From NCBI GenBank assembly GCA_964252035.1, contig CAXUOO010000044.1: a stretch of DNA of 64,000 nt; one strand, given 5' to 3'. This DNA is from Podarcis erhardii (Eukaryota). The position numbers and the translations under genes were made by a program. Numbering within the stretch: position 1 is the stretch's first letter; every line of letters begins with the position of its first letter. Below the pieces are notes generated by a model that was not told where the DNA came from, did not search any database, and was given only the letters and a program-made list of their open reading frames with translations. Of this stretch, positions 26,501 through 37,500 are shown in pieces.

Positions 26501-27396
26501 TATATATATATATGAATCAAGTAATGTAAATGGTCCAAGGTATATGACATAGTAACACAAGCTACTGTACATACACGTATCAAATAAGTGAGAAGATTAC
26601 TAGTGGTAGGATGTCTCAAGCATCGAATCAAAGCCACCACGCACTGCAAGTTGAAAATTTTCAAATGACTCTTTTGGAACTTGGACACTCCGTGTGTCGG
26701 AATACTTCTTTTCTGACTGTGGTCTAATCGGTAGCAACTGGATTGTATAGATTGAGAAGGATTCGTTTGAAGCGTAGTCTACATGTAAGAAATCTATTTT
26801 TGGGAATTCTCCGCGTATCCAGCAAGCATACATCAGTACGAAGAGGAGAGAGAAAGAACTGTACATATTTATAATAATAGAGAGATGTCAGCGCGCAAAA
26901 CCCGTAATACGAAACTAGAGGCCGATTTTTTACCTTCCACATGTTTGCTTCTCTCGATTGTTAGTCCTCTGCAGTAGTCTGTGCATAACGTGGAAGTACC
27001 CATACGTGAAAAAACATACACATACACATTTCAACGCACACTCATATATATATGAAAGCAGATTGTTTTTCAGTCTCTCTCACTTACCACCCTCGGTTTA
27101 TGCATAACAGCCGGTAAAGACGGCAGGGAAAGATTGGCCGTTCCGCCTACAAGGACAGCCTCACGCAGATCTTTGGGCAAAGTCTTCATGTGCTGCTGTC
27201 GCTGTTGTTGCTGCTGCTGCTGAAGAAACTGTTCGTGCAATTTCCGCTCTTTCTTGCTGCACCCAGCAGCAGCAGCAGCTACAGCAGGCTCAGCAGAAGC
27301 GGCAAACAAAGCAGGCTCATGTAGCAACAGCCGCTCATTCAGCTGGGCTATGCCAGACTGCATAGGAATGCCTAACATTTCTCTCAGGACACTCAT
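15774..27396 (-). CDS. DMAP1: SWC4/DMAP1/EAF2 (NuA4/SWR1 subunit, SANT domain). Exons 27396-27088, 25150-24584, 24428-24315, 23192-23038, 22063-21935, 21029-20834, 19848-19667, 17704-17641, 16386-15774
   Basis: DMAP1 motifs occur in the expected order: MSVLREMLG; FRNEARSDGLCLIHWRK; EYPFAKFNIRMQEVP; SANT WNKEETLILWHLSHKFELRWPIIFDAFPYSHRSMEELKQRYYAVAKR; coiled coil AERQRRMLL...EQQLQQEI; IGVQPPSSFTYNVAEAYW|GLCADVSTMLHLRQRVEKLKE|ELNHW. All junctions are GT-AG with matching phases. The exon 2 donor (24583) is the least certain. The gene continues past 15774 (donor gtgaga). Confidence 0.9.
17850..17900. repeat. (TA)n microsatellite, representative of many intronic (TA)n/(CA)n tracts (others at ~8180, 14360, 18690, 19890, 43445, 60175)
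   Basis: Perfect dinucleotide runs read directly. Confidence 0.95.
19940..20200. repeat. Tandem triplication, ~85-bp unit, in DMAP1 intron 6
   Basis: gcagcatatccac(t/c)gctatatagaccacagaactagcacgttgcatatatataaatatatatata(t)...tatatgttgtatag occurs three times. Confidence 0.92.
22070..22173. promoter_or_regulatory. Cluster of (T)GCATGCA palindromes, an apicomplexan ApiAP2-type motif; function here unproven
   Basis: GCATGCA at 22070; TGCATGCA at 22088, 22129 and 22166. Confidence 0.45.
25285..25480. repeat. Compound (TAG)n/(TTG)n microsatellite in DMAP1 intron 1
   Basis: Read directly: agtagtagtag...ttgttgttg...tagtagtag. A similar tract lies at 49500-49645. Confidence 0.9.
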
Positions 27397-29111
27397 CTTC
27401 TGAACTCAGAGAAAGCTACACCAGATTCCACTTGAAAATTCAAATTTCTACAAACACTGCAGGCTCAGCTGCAACAGCTTGCACGCTGGGCTCTGCAGTC
27501 GCAGCAGTGCACATATATAGCAGGGTAGCAGAGTGCAGTTGAAACTGCAGCAAAATTGAGTGAAAAATGGTAGAAGCCGCTTAGTTTACTCTCAGTGAGT
27601 CCCCCGTAAAAGCGAGTTCCACTTCCACCACTAAAGTCGATGGCGGTGCAGCTGCTGCAGTACGATGTATACAAAAATATGTTGAGCTGGTCTAAGATCT
27701 ACGTGCAGAGCTACTACTACTACTACTTAGTGAAGCAGGAGTATGTTTATATTGTGAAAACAGCTGCAGCAGGATTTACATGTTCCACAGTGTGGCGATT
27801 GCAGGGGCAATTGCAGGCCGTTGTTGTTGCTACTGTTGAAGAAAAACGGTACGCTGCTGCTGCAGCACCATTATGCAGCTTCTGCGTCTGCTCTTAACCC
27901 AGACTACAAGAAAAAACTACTATAGCCGTTTGCAAGAGCAGCAATAGCAGCACACTATTATCAGAAGCAGCAACACCTGAAAACACTTGACTCAACTAAG
28001 ATCAACTGTCAGCGCTGTTTTGCACTGTAGTGAAAACACCAGCAGCTTCACATTCGTTAACACACTCTCTGGAATGTTGCAATCACAAGACCCACCACCA
28101 AATGCTGTACTGAACCTCTGCGCTACCACTCTTAATCCAATTCACCGTCGATACAGCAGCGCCGAGCAGCGGCTGAGAGCACCTTAGTTGCATCAACAAG
28201 ATTGCATATAAACTAGTGTGCTTGTACGGATGCACCAGCACTTATTGACGCTGCGTCGTGATTCTTACGTATCTTCTGCAGCAGGTGAAAAGGAACGAGT
28301 AGGAGCAGCGGTACGTCCGTTCAGCGAAAACGCAGAAAGCGCCGGGACCACCAAATGCAAGATACGGAAGAAGATCAGATAAACGACAGTGAAGTAGCAG
28401 GAAAAGCGCGAAAAAGGTCATAAACTTAAGTATACGTATGTATACATATATATATATATATATACATACAAAATTCCGCCCAGTTTTTACATGTTGCAGT
28501 AACATAGAAGCTCACAAACATATTTTATTTATATATGTATATGTGTATGCGGTATGTACGCCATGGAGTTGTTTAGTAGCGGTTATCGCTGGCCCATTCC
28601 AGCAGTAAATACTGAGCGCGAAAAGAATTAAGTCGTACAAAGAAGCGGACGAAATGGTCGACCGTATGTATCAACTTCGTATGAATAACATTTCCGGCCC
28701 CAGTCATATGCAGGACGAATTATTGAAAAAAATTGAACACACGATAATTTACTGCTTTGCATAGACGGCGTTGGTGCAGTGAAACATGCGAATAGATTGG
28801 ATAAAGTGGAGAGTTCGCTTGTTAATGATTACCGTTATACGGCAAAGTTTTTGTAAATTCATACGGAGTACCGATGATGGAATGACATATGTGCGCGTGG
28901 AAACCTAGATTCAGCAGTAGATACACACTGTATATATGAAATATGTAGAATATGTTTTACATGTATAAAGAGGCTTGCAACACTCGTCTACCTGGAAACA
29001 CTGATTGAATGCAATGCCTTGGACAGGTAGTTTCCTCTCCCTTGAAACATGCAAACAAGAGCCGCTGTGCCAGATGTGCTCAACTTCTTTTGAGAACTCA
29101 TTTCAAACAAC

Positions 29112-32100
29112 TTGCAGGAGTTTATCAACGAAGAACCTGGCTGCTTACAGCTGAACTGCAAATTGGTAAATTTTACGAAGAAAGTGGAGAAAACGCTCAG
29201 AATAAAGATTCAGGAAATCTTCAATGAAGAATTCCTTATTCAGAAATATGAACTAGATTCTCACAATATATTACTTTTTTCTGAAGAAGTCGCTTGCAGC
29301 GGTCGCATCTTTTGCCGAGTGGAGGCGGCGCTTGCGCTCAATTTACTTTCTTGCTTCGGTGTAACACTTGCAACTGGACGAAAAGTGGCAAATTTTCCAT
29401 GCAAAGCCGTAGACTTGCTTGGCAGAGCGTCGAACGCATAAAAAAAAAAATATTTTACGGAAAAGAGGTGACTCTTACCGTTCAATACCACAGAGGCTGA
29501 GTTGAGATTTTTTGCAATCAATGAAACATAATACACTTTTTGGTGACATAAGCTACAAATATCCTGTGCAATCTGTACAAAATGACTTCTCTTCATCAGA
29601 ATTATTTTATTCAGAGTACTTTGTCGATGCATGCGGAAGGGGTCTGCACATTTTTTGAAGTAAATCAAATATGAGTGGGATAGTAGGTTTCGAAAAGATT
29701 CAGATTCAGGCATAGAATTCTGGCAAAAACGCTATCACTCTCATGAAGACATGCAATGCGAGAGCTGCCTCGTATGCTGAGACCAAATACATTACACACC
29801 GCATGCAGAAACATCAATGAAAATACAGCACACACACAGAGCTCAACAAGCATACTTCAACACTAAAGAGAACTTTCAGTCACCATAATGAGCAGGTTAA
29901 TCGTAGTCCAAATACCGCCACCTTCAATAGGCTGATACTGAATCAAACATCAGTATTCATGTGAGAATGTACAAGAATTTCATATCAAAGTATGTATGAA
30001 TACAGCAGTTTGAGTGGGAGCATGGAACCTTTTTCAAAAAAGGACATGTACAATCAGTCCACTTATATGAGCGTACATGAATAATTATATGTGTATAAGT
30101 ATACATATGTGCATCGTGTGCCATCCTGTCAACATCACAGAGGTGGACACAAGTTGTACAATTTGTCCACATATATAAGCTCACATATCGGATTATAAAC
30201 GAAGTAATATACACTTGTGCATCCTGTCAAACACCTAGGGTGCCTGTGCTCAACATGAATGTATACGTATGTACTTTGTACATAAACGTATATATATATA
30301 TAATTGTAAAGAGCACATTTTTGTTTATGATGCACTGCTTCTGTGTGTGTGAAGGACTATCTATCAACTGTGCAGTTCGTATCGCGTAAGAAAGACTCAA
30401 ATCGAAGTATTTGTTTTATAAAAGAACAACGCAAACGTAAATTTGCTCTGCACTGAAGAGTTGGTCACAGGATTTAGTATACCTAAAGTTAAAAAAAAAT
30501 TTCTGGGAGTTTAGAACCACACGAAACCAACAAACCAAAGCTCGAAGTCTCAAGCACGCATGTTCACAGAAGCTAGCCCTCTATGCAGGCTTCATTCGCA
30601 GCTGCCGAGCTAGAAAGGTAGAGAAACTTTATATGGTATACGTTTTTCCGTATGATGCGGGTTGCTGATAGTATTCTCCCCGATAGTCTGCCTGCTGCTG
30701 AGAAAAAAATCAATTCAGATCTCCTTGTTATATCAATCGCAGTTCTTTTCTGCCACTGTACATATTGTGTGCACAGGTTTGCAGCGTAACTATATAACTT
30801 TATGCGGAGCAAGGTATGATCAGGTGGTCTAGCCTTAGCGTGAACACGTATATATAAAGACAAGTATATTGCTTTGGTACAAATACGTAAGCGCTTCCCT
30901 CCCAAAGTGTACCCTATATCTAATTGCTTGAGTTTGAAACTCCAACACCGCCAGTCCAGAAAATATTATGTTTGAGCCAACAATCCACAATCCAAAGGAT
31001 TATTCGTTGGAATTAATAATCTACCACCCAGGGGATTGCTTTGATTGAGCCAACAATATACGTGTCACTGAGAAAGGAAACACTGAAGGTAACTTCTCGA
31101 CGGTCTAATTTGCGACAGACAGTAGTCAAGACCCGACTTACAAGAGGGAAAAGGTATTTTTGTCTCTCTTTTGGGTCGGTGGACACTTGGTGCGTACAAA
31201 ATTTGAGTACTCTGCTATTTTTTTGCCTAGCTGATCTACGGAATGGATACTTCAGCAGTAGAGAGATTGTCTACTACTTTAGAGTTGCATTTTTCTTCGC
31301 TGAAGGACTTGTGTGCAGGTTTGGGCTTGCAACAATGTATGCTCCAAAGAATTTATAGACATCCTCAGCGGTGCATCCAATTCGGGAAGCTGAGTATGCT
31401 GGGCGAGTAGAGATGTGACACTTTTTAGTTTGAGTGTAAACACAAATTTGCGAGTTCACCAGCAATAGATCATTATTTCCAGATGTCTTTTCACACGTGT
31501 GCTTCTTTTTTTCAATTATCGTCGGTTCGGAAAGCAATGTACAGCATAAAATTCAAACCTATGGCAATTCGGGCCTCTTCGAAAGGGTCTGATAGCGTAT
31601 GTAACCTATTTCTATGTAATGTTATATACCATACTCCTCGACTTGAAACTCGTATACATGTGTACAAACATGTATAAACACCGCAAACATACCTGCAGAA
31701 TATCCTTCTCGTACAACCTGCACTAAGTTAAGCGGAAGGTGGTGTTCATTTGCAATATGTCTATATATACGTGTTTAGAAGCTGTGAAAACGTGGTTGAA
31801 CGCAGAAACTGTTGGTCCACGATAAGCAACATTGACACGTACGCTTTCATGCAGCTTGGAAGGTGCATATTACGGCTCGAGCATTTGACCACAGACACGT
31901 TTATACTTGTCGCTAAGGTCGATCGTGGAAATAACAAGACATTTAGTGGGCTGGAACAATTCACATGTGAGCATGTGTAATAATAAACTTCTTGACTATA
32001 CTTGTACACACATAAATATTCGTCATAGGTTCATTGTGTTTATAGTCGAAAGTGTGAACGTTCACATTCCTACACAACTATAATATATCTGTATATATAG

Positions 32101-33872
32101 ACAACGTATATATGCATTCAAAAACTGTGAACGCAGTCGAATACATATGCATATATGAATGTTTATAAATCCATATACACAAGTGTATGTGAAATTCAGA
32201 CCGTGCTTAAAAACGGAGCCGAAGACTAGTGCTGGTGCGGTGCGACGGATTACGACGTGCCGTTATGTGAATATATATATATATTTTTTTTTTTCTCCCA
32301 TATACACACACAAGTGTATGTGAAAATTAGACCGTGCTTTGCAAACGAAGTCCACGACAAGTATTGGTGCGGTGCGATGGCTGGCACTTGTGCCCTCTAC
32401 TTCTCGGCATACTGTTATTCTCGGCGAGAAACCTTGAAACGTCAATGCAGCCTCCAATAAACTGCAACCGCCTACAGCATAGCACATTGGCCTAAAAGTT
32501 GCTGATTTTCTTTTTGTTCATTTGGCGCTTTGCATGGAGACATCTACTTCGTTGCTTCGCACTTCATACACAACTCAGTGAATTCCAAACTGGTTGATAT
32601 AGATTATTTTGGAACCGGCAAGTATAGACGTTCTTTCTTTGTTCATGAATAGATATATATATATATGTATATGTTTCAATTCTGAACGCAGTCGGGGCTA
32701 TAACGCAAATCTGGGCAAAATACAAAGCAGGTATGTTCGTACCAATGCGTCGATTCATAAGCCTTTAGTATTAAACTTTGAATGACCTCGACAGCTTTCA
32801 CGTGATCCATACGCAAATATAGGTGATTCATGAAGTCCTGAGGCAGAAAATGCGGCTGCCTTCTATATGTTCTTGCGTGTTTTTTTTGGTTTTTTTTCTT
32901 ACATAAGTATTCAAAAACTTTTAAGAAGAACAAATCTGTTGGAGTGCAGACCGATTGAAAATTGCGTTTTGAAATCGTAACTAGATTCGATATTATGCTG
33001 AACGGTTGAACAAGTGCTCGTAAAATGATGGTTTTTTCATTCCGAAAACAAAGTTGTAAAACAATTTAAATATCGACGTTAAACCAGCCTTACGTTATGA
33101 AAACTCTCTCCTAAGTTGTACATAAAGCTTTACGCAACGGTCCAGCTGATCAGAGCTATGAGCAGGAAGATTTAAGTAAACTTATTCCACGCTAGCGCCT
33201 TCTCTTTTTCCGAAATTTGATTCTGTGTCAATCTAGCATGGATTTCAGTCATGCGAAATGGCAATGTAGCGCTTGAGTCGACGAAGCAACAAGCAGGAGT
33301 TTGCGTATGCATGTTGCTAAACAATTTATTCTGGTCTTGAAAATGCAGTAATGTAAGAACTTGCAAGCCCCTTCAGATATATTATGAAAACTGGGACTGT
33401 GCTACATCTTGTACTTGCAGCAACACCAGCGCGAAATTTAGACATGTTCGCTATGTATATCTGCCTTTGACGGCAAAAAGGGTACGTCGTGTATGTGTGT
33501 CCACACACAAAAATCCAGTAGCGCGAAAAGTTCAGACTGCTACTGTTTGACAGTGAATCTATTCAGCCAGTGCTTTGCGACTTGAACTCTTATAAAAACA
33601 TCCTTAAAAATCTTCCTTGTTGCAGAGAATCTTTTTGAAAATATGTACTTCGACAAGTTCAATCCCGTGCGCACGTTGTTGTGGACGCTGCGTGTTAGCA
33701 GCCCCTCGTGCACATGAATCAGTGGAAAAAGATTGGTCGATTTGGTTTATTTGATCCTAAATCGGATGAGTATTACAGAACTGTACTTCATTCTTTTGCA
33801 ATTTTATCGAACTTCCAGGAGTCTTCAAGTAACATCAAAGTCGTCTACATCATAATAGATTCTATGACCTGA
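29112..33872. other. Interval with several exon-like or ORF-like segments; probable unannotated gene, strand unresolved
   Basis: Plus: ORF 29112-29441; phase-compatible chain 31231-31318, 31779-31862, 32331 onward; ORF 33714-33872. Minus: candidates 32837-32743 and ~29640-29477 with GT/AG ends. Confidence 0.3.
32165..32380. repeat. Diverged duplication, ~70-bp unit
   Basis: ccatatacac(acac)aagtgtatgtgaaa(ttc/att)agaccgtgctt...tggtgcggtgcga at ~32171 and ~32298. Confidence 0.75.
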
Positions 33873-34553
33873 ATAAACCGTCATCCAAGTATTGATCATT
33901 GCGCAAAAAGACAGCTTTACCCGATGTTTTCTGGCTTCATTCGTTTGTCACTATCTTTATGTAATCAATAAAAAAAACTGAGACGTGCTGATGTAGCTGG
34001 CGCCTGTTCATTTGCGCTGCGCGCGCTAAGCCGTACATGTATTTAACAGTTGTCGACGCTTAATGGAAAGGCAAACAGCGCAAAGTCGTAGCATGCTTGC
34101 GACTCGAAATTTTGTTCTTTCTTTTCCTGCAAAAATGCACTTGCAAGCTATTCGCTCAACAATATATTGGATATTCCTCTTATAGGCTCTTATAACCGTT
34201 GCGGTGACTACATATTCGCACTCAACCCACTCTATGTTTCACTCAACGTCTAATCCTCCTGGTCTAAGTGCCGTTTTCCCATTTTTTTTTTTTTCCAACA
34301 ATACAACCCTTAAAATACGAAGCTGCCACCTCAGGATTTTTGATCCAAGGACTAACCTATTGCAGTAAGACCGTGGTTTTCCAAAACTTGCGTCCATTGC
34401 CTTTCCTCTTTTTGAGCTTAAGCTTTGGACTAAAGTGTTCTAGCGGGAGCCAACAACAGAGAGCTGGTTCTGGGGCTCCATACAGGGCGATCGTCGCCAG
34501 CTTCCTTTCTGTGAACGTCGCCGTGTGCATTGAGCGCTCAAAACCTCATCACA

Positions 34554-37500
34554 ATGATGTACGTGGCAAACAGCAATGACATCAACTCTATGCCTGCAAT
34601 GGGCGGCAGTAAAGAAAGCGAATTCGCGTGTCTTGCTTTGCAAAAGCCGGTTGAAGTCGCATCGGAAAGCGTGCTTGCTGAGCTCCGGAAATGCGAAGAC
34701 CAGATTGAGGTTGCAAGTTGCAAAGACACCTCTGTGAAAACGCAGTGTACTTACACGTGAGCAATCTACAAACGCTACATTTCTCATCTTCTATTTATTT
34801 TACTTCTCAGTTCTTGCTCTCTTTCATGCCGCCGTGTTTATTTCCACAAAATCGTGTCTTTTTCCTGTTAGCATATGCCAAATGCGAAATGTGTTTAGAT
34901 GTGAAATGCGTTGAACAATTCAGCACTGTTAATATACAAGTGTGGGATATTTCGGCTCTCACATTCACATGAAGTCGACGCATATACACGTATATCGGCA
35001 GAATGGGAGAGACACAGGTAGAAATAGCAGTATTGTCAACGAATGCACCTGTCAGATTTCAGCATTTTCATACTCAGAGACTCAGAACTGCGAAGTAGAC
35101 AAACATACATATTTATACGTTTACATATATGTATATATATATATACACACTATAAAGTATATGCATGTACAGACGTGCAGCTTTGCACAAATACCTAAGA
35201 ATGATCATAATCGTATACATGATTACTTACGTACTATGTTTCCATCATTATACTGGTGACTCGATGACTCAGTCCGGTCTCACGAAGTGTAGGTGCAGGT
35301 ATACTGATGCATTAGATCGTACCAGTCGTGACTATTATCTTTTTCAAGTGCTGACTTTAGGTCTCTAAGCACATTTGCAAATTTTTCCAATAGTTTACTT
35401 TACCGTTCCACCAAGTGAAGCACCGGACCGCTCCGTCATTCATATCTCAACGGGCTCAGAACGTACAGCGCTTGGACATTCTGCTCTGCTATATATTTTT
35501 CGTTAATATTTTTAAGGAGCTCACCAACCCCTAATGTCTAAGTCTTGTAACTGCGTCCTAGGTTGCGCTGAGTTCTACTGTCAACCCGGCTAGTTTGTTA
35601 GAACATTTTCCCGCAGGATACTACGAAAGTTTTTTCTCACCTTGACCCACTATCACGGCCGAATCTGTGTAGCAGCANNNNNNNNNNNNNNNNNNNNNNN
35701 NNNNNNNNNNNNNNNNNNNNNNNNNNNNNNNNNNNNNNNNNNNNNNNNNNNNNNNNNNNNNNNNNNNNNNNNNNNNNNNNNNNNNNNNNNNNNNNNNNNN
35801 NNNNNNATGTGTTCTTATGTATGTATATATATATAAAACGGTCAAGCAAGTATTGACTGCGCAATTCTGAAGGAGAATAAGGCACCACATTTTCGGATTA
35901 GTGAATGCTGCAGTTTCTACCAAAAAGCACTTCCTAAATTTTTGCTGTTTTCAAGCGGATTTCTCCTTCTGTTTGTTCGTTTATGTACATATAAGTTATA
36001 CCATCTTCCAGTTTATCGATTCGGATGCCTCCACTCAAACAGGTGGCTTCTCATATATAATTGCATCAACGCATATCTCTGAACAATCGCCTTCACCTTT
36101 CTTGCTCATAATAAAGTTTCCACCTTCCGGTAAAAGCCTGTCGAATCCCAACGTATTACGTCTCCTTTACCATTAGCGCGTAATCAAGTAAATCCTTTCA
36201 GAGACTTTTTGTGTCGAATTCCATAGCTGACAGCAGGTACAATGCAATAAATAGGACACTTGCTTGGCTCCCACTGGTTGACAACTTACATGCAAATGTA
36301 CTGATCGCCTTGCGAGAACTAACGCACAAAATGTAAACATATGTATTACGCATTAATTCATAGCCTGATTTCATGCGTTTGACTATGTGTCTATCTGTGT
36401 GTCTATATGTATGCGTGTTACGCGTGGTAACAAGTGTGTGTACGTCTGTCTATACACACACACATATATCAGAATTATATTTATGTATATAACTACGTGT
36501 GAGTGCATACTAGTCCATATATATATATGTATATATCTGACTATAGTCTAGTATGACTATCTGTGAATCTATATGCCTTGTTTGAATGGATTTTCTCTAT
36601 CTAAGCCTAAAATTCATATCCGTTGGTTGAGTTTTGTGCTGGCGCGCGTACATACACAGACACAAACAGTCTCAGTGTGTGGAGAAAGGTCCGTGCACTT
36701 TTTGATTCTTTTTCTGCCCTCCTGCATGCCGTTGTCCTTTATTTCTCTTCAACAGACTGGACAGCCCCCTGTCTCCTTGTGGACTTTTCGTGAATCTTTC
36801 GACTTTCCTTGCAACTTCCATTGACGCGCTGCCTCTAGACAGCCTCCTCACAGCGGCGCCCCCTTCTCAACAGCGCGAACAGCAGCAGAACGGAAAGTTG
36901 CTAGTAAGGCGAAGCGGAAGCGGGCAGGGCGTGATCCTTTTTCCACAGCAACGCGTTTATTTGCATGTGAAGTCGAATGTTGACGAAGAACAGGCAGTGA
37001 GGATTGAGAGAAAACTGGCACATCGTCGGAAAAAGGCGGCACCAGACTCTGGAGAAAATGCTTCCACACTCTCAAACACAGCAGCAGCAAACGTTTCTGT
37101 CTCTGGCCACCAGCCACAACCTGCTGCAGCTGCTGGAGAGGCCGCTGCTTTGAAAGAAGAAGCGCCAGCAGGCACTGATTTTGGAGGAGAGACGCGGAAG
37201 GCGCCTGCAAAACTAGCGATTAACGTAGAAGGCGGGTAGGCTAATTTATGCATTGTAAACTTTGTCCTGCAAGAAACCTACCAGAGGATTGCAAAGGAGG
37301 CGGTACAAAAAAGTGTATACATACGTATATACATATACATGTGTATCTACAGTTATAGATATAGATAGGTAGATGCAGAAGTAGGTCGAAGAAGAGCTTG
37401 ATTTGTGTCTACGGAAACAGCTTTTGCTTGATACGCAGTGGCAGTTTTGGAGTTCGAGGGAGAGAGTTCAAAAAACTGTATAGCAGGTGCAAGCGACTGA

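Noticed and set aside
27500-34500. Possible LTR retrotransposon (chromovirus-type) remnant
   Set aside because: No RT (YxDD), integrase, gag or terminal repeats found by eye.
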